Below are positions 1-10,547 of a stretch of DNA of 62,654 bases, one piece after another. Numbering within the stretch: the stretch's first letter is position 1; the number at the start of each line of letters is the position of its first letter. This stretch comes from a virus (taxonomy: Duplodnaviria; Caudoviricetes). The stretch is taken from positions 1 through 62,654 of IMG/VR virus record IMGVR_UViG_3300020193_000020, one strand, 5' to 3'. Under the pieces are notes generated by a model. The model saw only the letters and a list, made by a program, of their open reading frames with translations. It was not told the origin of the DNA and ran no database searches. The position numbers were made by a program, and so were the translations under genes.

Positions 1-1717
1 CCACTTTGCCGCCACTGGGATTTAAAGCAATATCAAGGCTCGGTGCATCATTGACCATTCCCTGTATCCACTGAACACCACTAAAATTACCAAATGCTAA
101 TCCAAAACCATTATCAGAGCCCCTCATATACAGATGAGAACCTGCCACAGTGATGGCGTTTCTAGTTGTGATCGGGGATCTTAATACTAATGCTGGAGCA
201 TTAGCACTTTGTTCAACATGTAATCGCGATGAAAAACTTGGACTCGTCGTTCCAATACCAACATTGCCATTTCCTAAAATATAAAACAGATCGCTGTTAG
301 CCAACGAGTAACCATGTACGGTTTGGTTATTGGTTCCTATTAAACCATCTGAAACAAATAATTCTTTGGTTGATGAACTGCCAGCAGAACCAGCAGTCAT
401 ATCATTCACAGTGAATGTGTGGGAACAATATCCTTCCAACGACATATTTAATGCGTTAGTATGATTTGCACCAAATTGCACTTCCAATGAAGTAGTAGAA
501 TTAGTACCATTATCACATACTCTGATTTTAGTTATATTGTATGTATAAGCATAAGCACCTTTTCTTTTGACTTCGGCAATATAACCCAGATCAGAAAGTC
601 CTGTAGTATGTTTAGCCCAAGTTATTTCTACTGAATCGTGTCCACTAGGATTTCTCAAAATAATTCTGACTTCGTCACCACTATTAGAAGCATTGAATGT
701 TATAAATCTATACCAAGTACCACCAGTGAATGCTTTGCTACTAAATGTATATTGATGAATTAAATATTTTGAAACATCCAATTTAGCCTGTGGGCTCGCC
801 GTTCCAATGCCTACATTGCCGCTGGAGTCGATACGCATGCGCTCTGCTGGAGACCCACCGTTTGCAGTTGCAAAGATCAGACTGGCTGTATTCGCGGCAC
901 TCTTGGATGTGGATATCTGGGCAGCATTACTCGTGTCTGCATCAAAGAACATCAACGCTGGCCCATCGCCAGCCCCGCCAGCCCCGCACGCCAACCGAAC
1001 AGTGTCTCCAGTTCCAGATTTTCTCACGGTGAGTAATGAGGCTGGACTCGAAGTTCCAATACCAACTTCCCCGGTGGAGAGGATACGCATCCGCTCAGAG
1101 TTATTGGTATAAAAGATAGAGTTAGTATTGCTGTCGTTGTAAATTCTAAGATTATTTGAACCATCTACGTCAATAAATGCCGACACGGCATTGCCCGCCA
1201 CATTTTGAAACTCTATCTCTCCACCTTCGCCGCCAGCCGCTCCAACTAATATCTGTCCGACGACATGGAGTTTCGTCGATGGACTCGTCGTTCCAATACC
1301 AACATTGCCGCTGGTGTCGATACGCATTTTCTCCGCTTGGTTTACGCCAATACGAAGTATTTGATTATCCCCAGTACAAAATAAAGGGCTAGAGCCTTTT
1401 GTGATAAATATGTCGCCAGCAACATCCAGCGTCGTATTGGGACTCGCCGTTCCTATACCCACTTTGCCGCCACTGGGATTTAAAGCAATATCAAGGCTCG
1501 GTGCATCATTGACCATTCCCTGTATCCACTGAACAGCACTAAAATTACCAAATGCTAATCCATAACCATTATCAGAACCTCTCATATACAAATGAGAACC
1601 TGCAACAGTGATGGCGTTTCTAGTTGTAATCGGGGATCTTAATACTAATGCTGGCGCATCAGCACTTTGTTCAACATGTAATCGCGATGAATGACCCGGA
1701 CTCAACGTTCCAATACC
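1..1717. repeat. ~260-bp imperfect direct repeat (1-258 and 1459-1717) within the fibre gene
   Basis: Both copies begin CCACTTTGCCGCCACTGGGATTTAAAGC and differ at scattered positions. They encode the same module (SRLHVEQSAxAPALVLRSPITTRNAITVAGSHLYMRGSDNG). Confidence 0.95.
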
Positions 1718-2257
1718 TACTCTATCATTAGTCGCATCAACAAATAATGTATTCGTGTCAACAGTTAAAGCAGCAGCAGTTAATGTTGTACCATCAAATG
1801 TTAAATTAGCAGAACCAGCTAAATTGCCACTTGAATTATATTGAACTTGATTATTTGATCCACCAGCACCAGTAGAAATAGTAGCAGTTCCACCCAAAGA
1901 AACTGCTGTACCATTAATAGTAATTGATGAATTAGTTAATGAAGAATTACCAATATTTGATAAGGTATTGTTAGAACCACTAATTGTTTTATTTGTTAAT
2001 GTCTGACTTCCTGTTAGTGTAGTAACGGTTGAATCTATACTAATAGTGACATTATTTGTTCCGGATAAAGAAATTCCTGTTCCAGCAATATTTGATACAA
2101 CACCAGTTAATGAAATAATATTATTGCTTGTATCTCTGGTATAAAGAATTTTATCTATTAAATTTGCTGCTAATTCACCAGCAACTATATCTGAAGTTGT
2201 TGGAACTTTACTCGCAACTGTAGTTCTTTTTACTTTTATTACATTAGACTGTGGCAT
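1..2257 (-). CDS. Tail fibre protein, partial (runs off the left edge; absent from ORF track)
   Basis: ATG at 2257 gives MPQSNVIKVKRTTVASKVPTTSDIVAGELAANL. The window-start end is in the same frame and has repeated (ERMRIDSS)GNVGIGTxSP fibre motifs. Not every codon was checked. Confidence 0.85.
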   Translation of the reverse strand, partial: MPQSNVIKVKRTTVASKVPTTSDIVAGELAANLIDKILYTRDTSNNIISLTGVVSNIAGTGISLSGTNNVTISIDSTVTTLTGSQTLTNKTISGSNNTLSNIGNSSLTNSSITINGTAVSLGGTATISTGAGGSNNQVQYNSSGNLAGSANLTFDGTTLTAAALTVDTNTLFVDATNDRVGIGTLSPGHSSRLHVEQSADAPALVLRSPITTRNAITVAGSHLYMRGSDNGYGLAFGNFSAVQWIQGMVNDAPSLDIALNPSGGKVGIGTASPNTTLDVAGDIFITKGSSPLFCTGDNQILRIGVNQAEKMRIDTSGNVGIGTTSPSTKLHVVGQILVGAAGGEGGEIEFQNVAGNAVSAFIDVDGSNNLRIYNDSNTNSIFYTNNSERMRILSTGEVGIGTSSPASLLTVRKSGTGDTVRLACGAGGAGDGPALMFFDADTSNAAQISTSKSAANTASLIFATANGGSPAERMRIDSSGNVGIGTASPQAKLDVSKYLIHQYTFSSKAFTGGTWYRFITFNASNSGDEVRIILRNPSGHDSVEITWAKHTTGLSDLGYIAEVKRKGAYAYTYNITKIRVCDNGTNSTTSLEVQFGANHTNALNMSLEGYCSHTFTVNDMTAGSAGSSSTKELFVSDGLIGTNNQTVHGYSLANSDLFYILGNGNVGIGTTSPSFSSRLHVEQSANAPALVLRSPITTRNAITVAGSHLYMRGSDNGFGLAFGNFSGVQWIQGMVNDAPSLDIALNPSGGKV

Positions 2258-2285
2258 TATACAATCCCTATTTAAGGTAATCTAT

Positions 2286-2303
2286 GGGGAATATATATTC
2301 CCC
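2286..2303. other. Perfect palindrome/hairpin GGGGAATATATATTCCCC
   Basis: Intergenic, directly after the stop of 2311..2496; no long U-tract. Confidence 0.7.
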
Positions 2304-2310
2304 TCATTAT

Positions 2311-2496
2311 TTATTGTTCAATTTCGCCCAATTTTTTTCCTGTAACAAAAGTTGCTAATGCTGTAGAGAAGGTTCTGAACACATCAGAACCTTCCGGAAT
2401 CTTACAAAACATCATTATAATTCCCATTAAAGTAAAAAAAGAAAAAATTAAAATAATTGAGCCAGATAAAGATAAATTTTCTAACTTTTTACCCAT
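2311..2496 (-). CDS. Small membrane protein (holin-like)
   Basis: 61 aa with a strong hydrophobic segment, a second weaker one and a charged C-terminus; coupled to the upstream gene. Confidence 0.5.
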   Translation of the reverse strand: MGKKLENLSLSGSIILIFSFFTLMGIIMMFCKIPEGSDVFRTFSTALATFVTGKKLGEIEQ

Positions 2497-5447
2497 TAAA
2501 AAGTTCCCCCGTCAATAGTATTTGACCATTGTACGTTAGTTCCCGATGAATTTAAGAAATATCCTTCAGCACCAATTGCTAATTTAGATAAAGTGTTTGT
2601 AGCAGATGCGTACAATAAATCACCTGTTGTATAAGTAGTGATATTTGTACCACCTCTTGCAATATCAATTGTAGAACCATTCCAAACACCAGTTGCAATT
2701 GTCCCCAGCGTTGTAATAGAAGTTTGACCAACATATGTTGATGCAATATCAATTGAATCCGCATTAGCAACAATTCTATTAGTTGTTCCAATTACATCTA
2801 AAGTATTTCCTGTTTTTGTTAAACCACTTCCAGCAGTAATTTGTCCTGCGCCAGAGAATTGTGAGAATACGATTGCAGTTGTACCAACAATAATTGTTGT
2901 AGCTGTTATCTGTACGAAACCATTAGAACCATTAATTGTACCACCAGACACAAACATATAATCGCCAGCACGAATTTCTCCTGTTGGGGAATTATCGAAG
3001 TCAGTTGATCTTGTCCAGACACCATTCGCACCTGTACCAACAGTTGTAACATCATATACACCATTATAAGCTGAAGTAGTATGATTCTTAACAAGAATTC
3101 TATAACCAACTTGTAAGGATTCACCTTCAACGGTATCTGGTGTTCCAGTTAGTTGAGCACCAACACCTTGATTAGCAGTTACTGAAATTGATAAACTTGA
3201 ACCATTAGTTAAAGTATGAACTGAACCACCAGGAGAGGTAGAAACTGTTACTTGATTTAAATTTGGTAAAGAAATTACAAAGTAAGTTGTTCCAGAAACT
3301 AAACCATTTGATGTTGCATTTGATTTAATTTGTGATCCTAATACTAAAGAATGATTTGCGCTGAATGTGATAACATCAGACGCAATCGTGTTAATTGTTA
3401 ATGTAGTACCACCACTAACATAAGCATAAGAAACTGCATCTGTTGTTGCAAAATTAACAGAGCCATGAACGTTTAATGATGAAGCAATTGCATCAGCATA
3501 CTCTTTATTAACAGCATCATTAGCAAAAACCGGATATGCTACACCCGAAATTCTTGAGAAACCAGAAGATGTATTTGTAACATCAACAACACCAGTTCCG
3601 GTTGGTTTAATGAAAACTGAATTATTTCCAGAAGCTGCTTGAATTGTTAAGGAACCAGAAGTTGCAGTAATAGATGTTGCTGTTGCTGAACCTAGAACTG
3701 GTGTAACTAGTGTTGGTGTATTTGCGAAAACTAATGCACCTGAACCAGTTTCATCAGAAATTACACTAGCCAATTCAGAAGAAGAAGTTGAAGCAAAAGC
3801 CGATAACTTCTCACTAGTATATACTACAGTACCCCCACCACCAAATGCAACAGAAGAAGCATCAGTACCAGTAAATGTTAAAGAATTACTTACTGTTAAA
3901 GTTTTACTATTTGCAATTGTTAAAGTACCAGTGGTTGAAGTAATTGTTAAACCATTAATACTTGTGGCTGTTGCAACACCAAGGGTTGGTGTTGTTAAGA
4001 TTGGTGATGTTAGAGTTTTATTTGTTAAAGTCTGAGAAGCAGCAACTAAAACAACCGTATCAGTAGTTGCAACACCAGGAATTGTTATAGTTCCTGTTGC
4101 TGTGGCTGAAGTAATAATTGTTGTTGTTCCTGAAGAAGAACCAGCAATTGTAAAACCACCAGAACCAATAGCAGGAGTAGTTAAAGATGGTGAATTTGAA
4201 AAAACTAATGAACCAGTTCCGGTTTCATCAGAAATAATACCAGCTAATTGTGAAGAAGTTGTTGACGCAAATACAGATAAGTTATTTTGTGTATAAGCAA
4301 CAGTCCCACCTGTTCCAAATGTTAGAGTTGATCCATCTGTTCCAGTAAAAGCTACACTATTATTTGCAGTTAAAGTTTTTCCATTTGCAATTGTTAGAGT
4401 GCCTGTGGTTGAAGTAATAACCAAACCATTAATAGAAGTTGCAGTTGCTGCTCCTAAAGATGGAGTTACTAAAGTTGGAGAGGTTGCAAATACTAATTGT
4501 CCAGAACCAGTTTCATCAGAACAAGCTGTTTTTAATTCAGAAGAAGTAAATGTAACTGTATTATTTGTAAAACTAATTGTTTTATTTGTAAGAGTATCTG
4601 ATGTTGCACGTCCAACTAAAGTATCTGTTGATGTTGGAAGTGTTAAAGTTCCTGTATTTTTAATTGATGAAACTTCAACATATCCAGTTACTACGGTATT
4701 ACCACCAATATAAACATTTTTTGCAACGCCAATACCACCAGCAGTTATTAATGAACCCGATGATGTACTTGTGGATTCTGTTGTTGCCGCTAGATTAACA
4801 TTTACAATAGTTGAATCAATGTCAATTGAATTTGTATCAATTAACATTCTTAAAGCTGAATTTGTATAAAATCTTAAAGTATCATCACCAGCACCAACAG
4901 TTAATTCTGCTGTAATAAAAGTTTGACCATCAACAGACTTAACACCACCCAAAGAAGACCAAAAAGTTGAATAACCCTCAAATGAAGCATTATCGCTATT
5001 ATAGCGAATCATACCAGAGGCGGCTGTTGGTTGTTGTGCAGTTGTACCAACCGGAACTTTTAATGCAGTTGTACCAGTTACATTAACATAACCAGTTCCA
5101 TTAGCGGTTAATTCTAGGTTTCCATTTGAATTGGTGATTGAAATAGTATTACCATCTAAAGTAATATTATCTACTAATAATTCATTAATTTTTTTGGAAG
5201 CATCAACTAAAATTGCAGAAGAAGCAGTAAGTGTTCCCTGTTGGTGATCCAACATATCCATGAAATACTTACCACCAATAACAACTGGATTACCATTAGG
5301 GGATGTATTATCACCGACGAATAATCTACCACCACCATCAGCATATGTTCCTGCACCCAGAGTATAGGCTAATTCACCATAATTAAGTGTTGCTGGTGCT
5401 GTTGAACCAGTCGATCTTTTGATTTTTATGACGTTTGCTTGTGGCAT
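2496..5447 (-). CDS. Tail fibre / virion structural protein
   Basis: 983 aa, T/S/G-rich. N-terminal IKRS..GELA motif, three SDETGxGxLVFxxxPxL repeats, RILVKN..NGVY..WTRSTDFD fibre module, C-terminal IDGGTF. Late promoter upstream. Confidence 0.85.
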   Translation of the reverse strand: MPQANVIKIKRSTGSTAPATLNYGELAYTLGAGTYADGGGRLFVGDNTSPNGNPVVIGGKYFMDMLDHQQGTLTASSAILVDASKKINELLVDNITLDGNTISITNSNGNLELTANGTGYVNVTGTTALKVPVGTTAQQPTAASGMIRYNSDNASFEGYSTFWSSLGGVKSVDGQTFITAELTVGAGDDTLRFYTNSALRMLIDTNSIDIDSTIVNVNLAATTESTSTSSGSLITAGGIGVAKNVYIGGNTVVTGYVEVSSIKNTGTLTLPTSTDTLVGRATSDTLTNKTISFTNNTVTFTSSELKTACSDETGSGQLVFATSPTLVTPSLGAATATSINGLVITSTTGTLTIANGKTLTANNSVAFTGTDGSTLTFGTGGTVAYTQNNLSVFASTTSSQLAGIISDETGTGSLVFSNSPSLTTPAIGSGGFTIAGSSSGTTTIITSATATGTITIPGVATTDTVVLVAASQTLTNKTLTSPILTTPTLGVATATSINGLTITSTTGTLTIANSKTLTVSNSLTFTGTDASSVAFGGGGTVVYTSEKLSAFASTSSSELASVISDETGSGALVFANTPTLVTPVLGSATATSITATSGSLTIQAASGNNSVFIKPTGTGVVDVTNTSSGFSRISGVAYPVFANDAVNKEYADAIASSLNVHGSVNFATTDAVSYAYVSGGTTLTINTIASDVITFSANHSLVLGSQIKSNATSNGLVSGTTYFVISLPNLNQVTVSTSPGGSVHTLTNGSSLSISVTANQGVGAQLTGTPDTVEGESLQVGYRILVKNHTTSAYNGVYDVTTVGTGANGVWTRSTDFDNSPTGEIRAGDYMFVSGGTINGSNGFVQITATTIIVGTTAIVFSQFSGAGQITAGSGLTKTGNTLDVIGTTNRIVANADSIDIASTYVGQTSITTLGTIATGVWNGSTIDIARGGTNITTYTTGDLLYASATNTLSKLAIGAEGYFLNSSGTNVQWSNTIDGGTF

Positions 5448-5471
5448 TTTATTATGTTTTTACCCTTTAAG

Positions 5472-5479
5472 TATTTATA
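5472..5479 (-). promoter_or_regulatory. T4-type late promoter TATAAATA
   Basis: Exact consensus about 25 nt upstream of the 983-aa gene. Confidence 0.75.
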
Positions 5480-5484
5480 ATTAT

Positions 5485-6465
5485 TTAAAAATTTCCACCA
5501 TCAACAGATTGATTTTCTATTTCATTTTTAGCAAACCATCTCGACGTAGGAACATCATACATCAATATTGCACCCTGATTTGGATATGTTGCAATAACAT
5601 CAAATAAATCATCTAATTTTAATGTTGTTATATAACTTTCCGGTGGAGTTACATTTGTTCCTCCAACACCTTCTGATGGTGGATTTGTAACTATATTTGA
5701 TGGTGGATTATCATCAACTATAAAAGTTTCAAGTAAGGTATAATTATCATTTACACCAGCAGTTGAAGGATTTACTGCAACACTATAATATTGTCTACCA
5801 CCAGCGCCGGGAACCGTTGTATCCACAATTGTATTTACAATTGCCTTTTTAATAATCTTACTATCTTTTACAGGAGGATATAAATTAGATTCAACAATAA
5901 ATTTTAAATCCCAGATTAAAACTCTTCTTTCTTCCATTGTTCCTTCATAATTATCTTGTGGTGTTACACTTTTTAATATGATAGGAACGTCTCTTGCAAT
6001 ATCAACACTTTCACTTTCTTTAATTGTAATGGTGAATTGTGGTGTGAAATATGGAACAATTTGTTCCAAAATCATTAAACCATCATCCATATTTTTAGAC
6101 ATAATCCAAAGATCAAAAGAAAAATCATAAGGAACAGGATTATATTGTGAAACTAGGTTATCTTTGTTTGATGATTGTTTAAAATTTTGATTTACTGTTG
6201 GTAATTTTCTACCGGAAGCATATGACAAACCAGATAATTCAAATCCCATTCTAGGTAATGAGATTTCTGTTTGTCTGTTTGCTTCAGCATCTTGTTCAAG
6301 TCTTGTTAACCATTTTTGCTTAGGACCATAAGATAAAGGTACACGAATATCTTTAACAACAACTCCAGCATTATCTTTTCTCTGGACATGTAGGTTGTTA
6401 AATAAAGTTCCAAAAACTGAAACTAATTTTTTAATATGTTCGTTATACCAAGTTTGACCTAGCAT
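5485..6465 (-). CDS. gp15: Tail sheath stabilizer/completion protein
   Basis: FGTLFNNL, VPLSYGPKQKW, LPRMGFE, PVPY, EQIVPYF motifs; order 13-14-15. Confidence 0.93.
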   Translation of the reverse strand: MLGQTWYNEHIKKLVSVFGTLFNNLHVQRKDNAGVVVKDIRVPLSYGPKQKWLTRLEQDAEANRQTEISLPRMGFELSGLSYASGRKLPTVNQNFKQSSNKDNLVSQYNPVPYDFSFDLWIMSKNMDDGLMILEQIVPYFTPQFTITIKESESVDIARDVPIILKSVTPQDNYEGTMEERRVLIWDLKFIVESNLYPPVKDSKIIKKAIVNTIVDTTVPGAGGRQYYSVAVNPSTAGVNDNYTLLETFIVDDNPPSNIVTNPPSEGVGGTNVTPPESYITTLKLDDLFDVIATYPNQGAILMYDVPTSRWFAKNEIENQSVDGGNF

Positions 6466-7151
6466 TAGCTCTCTCTATTAAATTCACCAAAAGGATTTTT
6501 TTCTGTGAAATCCAATATTGTAGTAGACTTTTCTTCTAACTTTTCATTATCAGAGAAACTGGGTTGATTTATTTCTAATTGTTTTTCCAACTTCTCATTA
6601 ATATTATCAATTTCAGGTATTCCAGTATCAATCGTTTCGTCGGTAAATCTGTAAAGTTCGCAAGATATTTTCCAAACATACAGATCCCCCAATTGATAGG
6701 TGTTACTATATTCTTGATTTACATACATAACTTCCCATAACTTTCTTGTTAGGTACGGTATAAAAATCAAGTCACCCTCTTCGGGTCTTTTTAACCTATC
6801 ATCAAATTGAGTTCTTCTATTTCCAGTTTGGAAGTTTCTGTTATATTCTTCATCAAAACGTTTTTTAGAAACCATTAATGTAAATGTTTGTTTAATATCT
6901 AATCCAAATTTTGATATTAAATTATCATTATTGGTAAAGTCTTCTGTACTTTCCATGTACATTTCAATCGGAAATTTATTCTTATATTCTAATAATACAT
7001 CTTCACCAAAAATCTCATCTTTCTTAACAAAAGTTTTTGGAATATAGTGGCAATCAATACCATGCATAGCAATGCATTCAGTTAATAAAGTATCTAATAA
7101 TTTTTGCTCATTTTTATTTCTGAATTCATTGAAATATCTATTTGTAGGCAT
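6465..7151 (-). CDS. gp14: Neck protein
   Basis: FGED, SKFGL, RPEEGDLIF, CELYRF and NPFG motifs; synteny. Confidence 0.93.
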   Translation of the reverse strand: MPTNRYFNEFRNKNEQKLLDTLLTECIAMHGIDCHYIPKTFVKKDEIFGEDVLLEYKNKFPIEMYMESTEDFTNNDNLISKFGLDIKQTFTLMVSKKRFDEEYNRNFQTGNRRTQFDDRLKRPEEGDLIFIPYLTRKLWEVMYVNQEYSNTYQLGDLYVWKISCELYRFTDETIDTGIPEIDNINEKLEKQLEINQPSFSDNEKLEEKSTTILDFTEKNPFGEFNRES

Positions 7152-7154
7152 TAG

Positions 7155-7901
7155 TTATCCTAAAAAGAAATTTACTGGCAACTGATATGTTGATTGACAA
7201 TCTTTTTCTAATTTTTCTACTTCTCCAACCGCTTCATCATAAATCTTTTGACCATTTAATTTAACACCACCGGGAAGAGATACACCATCATATTTTTTAA
7301 GATTATCACCCCATTGTTTTTTAAATAATGCAGTAACATAATCTTTTAGCCACTTATCATTATAAACTTTTGTAAATGCATCTGGATCAATAATTTTATA
7401 TGTTTCAAAAATAATATAGTCATTAGTAGAAAGATCTTTTTCCCAATCTAAATCAATATGGATTCTTTGTTGATGTCTATTGAATCTAAGTAATTTTTCT
7501 TGATTAAAAATAAATTCAATAAATGACAAATAATCTCTTGTCATATGATAACCTTGTAAACTCATGCTACTACCAAAAGTATAAAGGTCATTTAGTGCAT
7601 ATTGATAACGAAAGTCAAAAATATTACCTTTTGTTGCACCGAATCCACCAAGACGAATCATTCTAACAACAGAAATAATAGAATCGTCAACAGTAACATA
7701 CTTATTTGTAATGTCTTGTTGGGTTATCTGATATTTAAAATAAAATTTATCAGTTGCATCAAAGTGAAACTGAGTATAGTAATACATAGCATCATCAATA
7801 CGGTCTTCTAATTGGTCGGGATCAACATTAATTTCAATTACCGGAAAACCTAAACGGCGAAGGCAATAGTCCTTTAGTTGTTCTCTTGATGCTGGTTGCA
7901 T
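7155..7901 (-). CDS. gp13: Neck protein
   Basis: LKDYCLRRLGFPVIEINV, KKQWGDNLKKY, LPGGVKLNG. Confidence 0.95.
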   Translation of the reverse strand: MQPASREQLKDYCLRRLGFPVIEINVDPDQLEDRIDDAMYYYTQFHFDATDKFYFKYQITQQDITNKYVTVDDSIISVVRMIRLGGFGATKGNIFDFRYQYALNDLYTFGSSMSLQGYHMTRDYLSFIEFIFNQEKLLRFNRHQQRIHIDLDWEKDLSTNDYIIFETYKIIDPDAFTKVYNDKWLKDYVTALFKKQWGDNLKKYDGVSLPGGVKLNGQKIYDEAVGEVEKLEKDCQSTYQLPVNFFLG

Positions 7902-8557
7902 TAAATTTTTGTTACCTCTGCATTTACTCTTATTTCACCTTCGAATAAACGTTTTACTGTTGTATCCGCAAGAGTTGCTTCTACATCATAAACATAACGT
8001 CCTGGCTTTAAATTGGCGGTTTGTGTTGATGTTAGTGATAATGTTACTTCCGATGTTGTTGTATTGGCTGAAACTGTTATTGTAACTGCTGATGAACTAG
8101 ATGGTGAATATCTTAATTGTCCACGAACAGTTGCTCCTACTAAATTAATTAAAGCACCATTAATTCCAGCTTCTTTTTGAATTCTTGATGTTGCTGTTGC
8201 TGTTGAACCGGATGTTGGTGCTGAAATAGTTACTGATGGATTTGATGTATATCCATCACCTTTATTGACTATATAAATTTTTGTAACAGAACCTCCAGAT
8301 ATTTCAACACCAGCGGTTGCAGCAGAACCACCACCGTTAGTAATAGTTACTGATGGAATAGAAGTATATCCATTACCACCTGAAGTAATGGATATACTTT
8401 CTACATAACCTGAAATTGTTCCTAGATCAATAGGTAAAAAATCTGTATTTTCTGTTACTTGTCCATTATCCAATGAATATGGATTAGTTTCATATGCTAA
8501 TAATTTAGTAGAAAATGTTGAACCTTGATCTATGTTTAAATTTACTAGTCTTGCCAT
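7901..8557 (-). CDS. Virion structural protein (BppU-like fold)
   Basis: NLNIDQGSTF..LTSTQTANLKPGRYVYDV pattern with inserted GxGYTSxPxVTI repeats. Confidence 0.7.
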   Translation of the reverse strand: MARLVNLNIDQGSTFSTKLLAYETNPYSLDNGQVTENTDFLPIDLGTISGYVESISITSGGNGYTSIPSVTITNGGGSAATAGVEISGGSVTKIYIVNKGDGYTSNPSVTISAPTSGSTATATSRIQKEAGINGALINLVGATVRGQLRYSPSSSSAVTITVSANTTTSEVTLSLTSTQTANLKPGRYVYDVEATLADTTVKRLFEGEIRVNAEVTKI

Positions 8558-8558
8558 T

Positions 8559-9002
8559 TTATTTTAAAGTTGATTTAAATGCAGTATATGTAATATTGAT
8601 AGCTGAATTTAACCAGTTATCGGGAATATCTGTTACTGTAGTAATCTTTTCTCCACCGATGGTTAAACCAGCACCACCAGCAGATAGAATTGCATTCTTT
8701 AATTTACCCCGAATAATAAATCTTGCTGCACCAGTTAAATATGCTTGCTTTTCATAAGCATTTAATGGCTTAGTTAAATCAATATCAACATCCATTTCTA
8801 ATCTTTTAATCATAGTAACAATTTCATCATCAGTTTTAGTTGGTGTCATTTTAGATACAAATTCAACCGCTGGTAATGCATATTGTAAAAGTTCAGAAAC
8901 TGCTTTTACAGCATTTTCAGCTTTTTGAAATGTATCACCAGAAAAAAACTTCTTTAATATTTTTACAATATTACTAAAAAATCCTAAAATATTCATGTTC
9001 AC
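8559..9002 (-). CDS. Hypothetical amphipathic protein
   Basis: 147 aa, GGAG RBS, TPTKTDD motif, inside the structural operon. Confidence 0.65.
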   Translation of the reverse strand: MNMNILGFFSNIVKILKKFFSGDTFQKAENAVKAVSELLQYALPAVEFVSKMTPTKTDDEIVTMIKRLEMDVDIDLTKPLNAYEKQAYLTGAARFIIRGKLKNAILSAGGAGLTIGGEKITTVTDIPDNWLNSAINITYTAFKSTLK

Positions 9003-9005
9003 TCC

Positions 9006-9338
9006 TTATGCGTTATCTTCTTCAAATCCCCAAACTGTAACATCAACATTTGGAGATGCATCTGTGGTTACATTCACATATAAGTATTTCTGTGAATCTA
9101 AAACAATTCCTGAACGTGTATAACTATCATTTGGATAAATAACAGTATCATATTCAACATATTCACCGTTAGCAACAGATGTACCTGCTTGTAGTGAAAT
9201 TCTAACAGTTGCATTTGCTGTATCAACATTAACTATATTAATAGTAAATGTTGAAATTTTACCAAGAGGAACTTGATAAATTTGTGTATTAGTATTTTGA
9301 GTGGTAATTTTTGTTGCTGCTAATCTACCAGAAGGCAT
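9006..9338 (-). CDS. Small virion structural protein
   Basis: 110 aa, beta-rich, AGGA RBS, in operon. Confidence 0.65.
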   Translation of the reverse strand: MPSGRLAATKITTQNTNTQIYQVPLGKISTFTINIVNVDTANATVRISLQAGTSVANGEYVEYDTVIYPNDSYTRSGIVLDSQKYLYVNVTTDASPNVDVTVWGFEEDNA

Positions 9339-9348
9339 ATTTTATTCC

Positions 9349-10545
9349 TTAATAAAGTTGAGTTATACTTGTAAAGTATCCACGTTTGGCTCTGTTCCAT
9401 CTTGCAGATGCTTTAGTTGCTGTATGAGTTACAAAAATTTCATCTGCTAATGGCTTATCTACATATTTAGTTCCATCAAAAACTAAAATCGAATTTGGTT
9501 TTGGATCTAAAATTGGTTGTAAAATAGCTGGTGTTGTTGATGCACCCGTTATAGTAATTGTTGGTGGTGTTTCATATCTAGAACCAAAATTAGTCATTGT
9601 TACACCAGTTATAACACCACCAGTCAGTTCTAATGTTGCTGTAGCTGTTATTCCTGGACTATCAACCTGTGACAAATTAACGAATTCAAATCCATCAACA
9701 GCAGATGTAGAAACTGCTGCTAAGTTTGTTAAATTAAATGTGCCGACAACAGTATTAACATCAAAACGTTTTAATGAAGCGTTATAAGATATTATTCTTG
9801 CTGTTGCTGATGAGACCGCAGTAACGGAACTTAAAGTTACGGTAACATTTCCTGGAGAGGTTATTGCAGTAGTGTTTGTGAAAGTTCCTTTCAACACAGA
9901 AATCAGAATCGAAGAACCATTCTTTTGAATAATTCTACCTTTTATAGAACCTGAAGATTGTGAAATAACATCATCAACATAAACAGAACCTTGATTAGTT
10001 GTTGTTGCAGAAATAACAATTTGTTTAATTGTTCCAGTTGTGTCTGTTACAACATTTCCAGATAATGTGTTTGCAGCATTAACATCCAAATAAACTGAAG
10101 TGGGTGGTGCTGAAAATGCGATTGTTGGTGAAGTATAACCAGTTCCACCATTTACTATTTGTACAGATGTAACACTTTTACCAGCAACAACAATTCCTCT
10201 TGTTTGTGAATCAATAACACCATCAACAATTCTATTTGTTTTAACTCTCCACTGATCAAATGTATTATATTGATCTACATAATCATTTGCTGTAATAACT
10301 GCTGTTGCGGTTGCTGTTGTTCCTGATGGAGGAGGTGCAATAGTTACAGATGGTGTAGAATTATAACCAGAACCAGCATTAGTGATAATAAAAGAAAGTA
10401 CAGCATTACCGGATAAAACTGCTACTGCTGTGGCTTGTATACCACTAGTCGGAGGTGCAATAGTTACTGCTGGTGCTGTAGAATATCCAGAACCACCAAT
10501 TCCTAGAGTTAAACTTACAACGTTACCTGAACTAAGTATGTTCAT
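9349..10545 (-). CDS. Virion structural protein
   Basis: GSGY-x-P-x-VTI repeats and NTFDQWRVKTN motif seen in T4-like fibre/baseplate proteins. Confidence 0.75.
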   Translation of the reverse strand: MNILSSGNVVSLTLGIGGSGYSTAPAVTIAPPTSGIQATAVAVLSGNAVLSFIITNAGSGYNSTPSVTIAPPPSGTTATATAVITANDYVDQYNTFDQWRVKTNRIVDGVIDSQTRGIVVAGKSVTSVQIVNGGTGYTSPTIAFSAPPTSVYLDVNAANTLSGNVVTDTTGTIKQIVISATTTNQGSVYVDDVISQSSGSIKGRIIQKNGSSILISVLKGTFTNTTAITSPGNVTVTLSSVTAVSSATARIISYNASLKRFDVNTVVGTFNLTNLAAVSTSAVDGFEFVNLSQVDSPGITATATLELTGGVITGVTMTNFGSRYETPPTITITGASTTPAILQPILDPKPNSILVFDGTKYVDKPLADEIFVTHTATKASARWNRAKRGYFTSITQLY

Positions 10546-10547
10546 TT

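Noticed and set aside
790-1392. Plus-strand ORFs 790..1032, 807..1112 and 1177..1392
   Set aside because: Antisense shadows of the GC-rich part of the minus-strand fibre gene.
1-1717. Repeat pair as TR/VR of a diversity-generating retroelement
   Set aside because: Mismatches are not adenine-specific, both copies lie in frame in one gene, and no reverse transcriptase is in the window.
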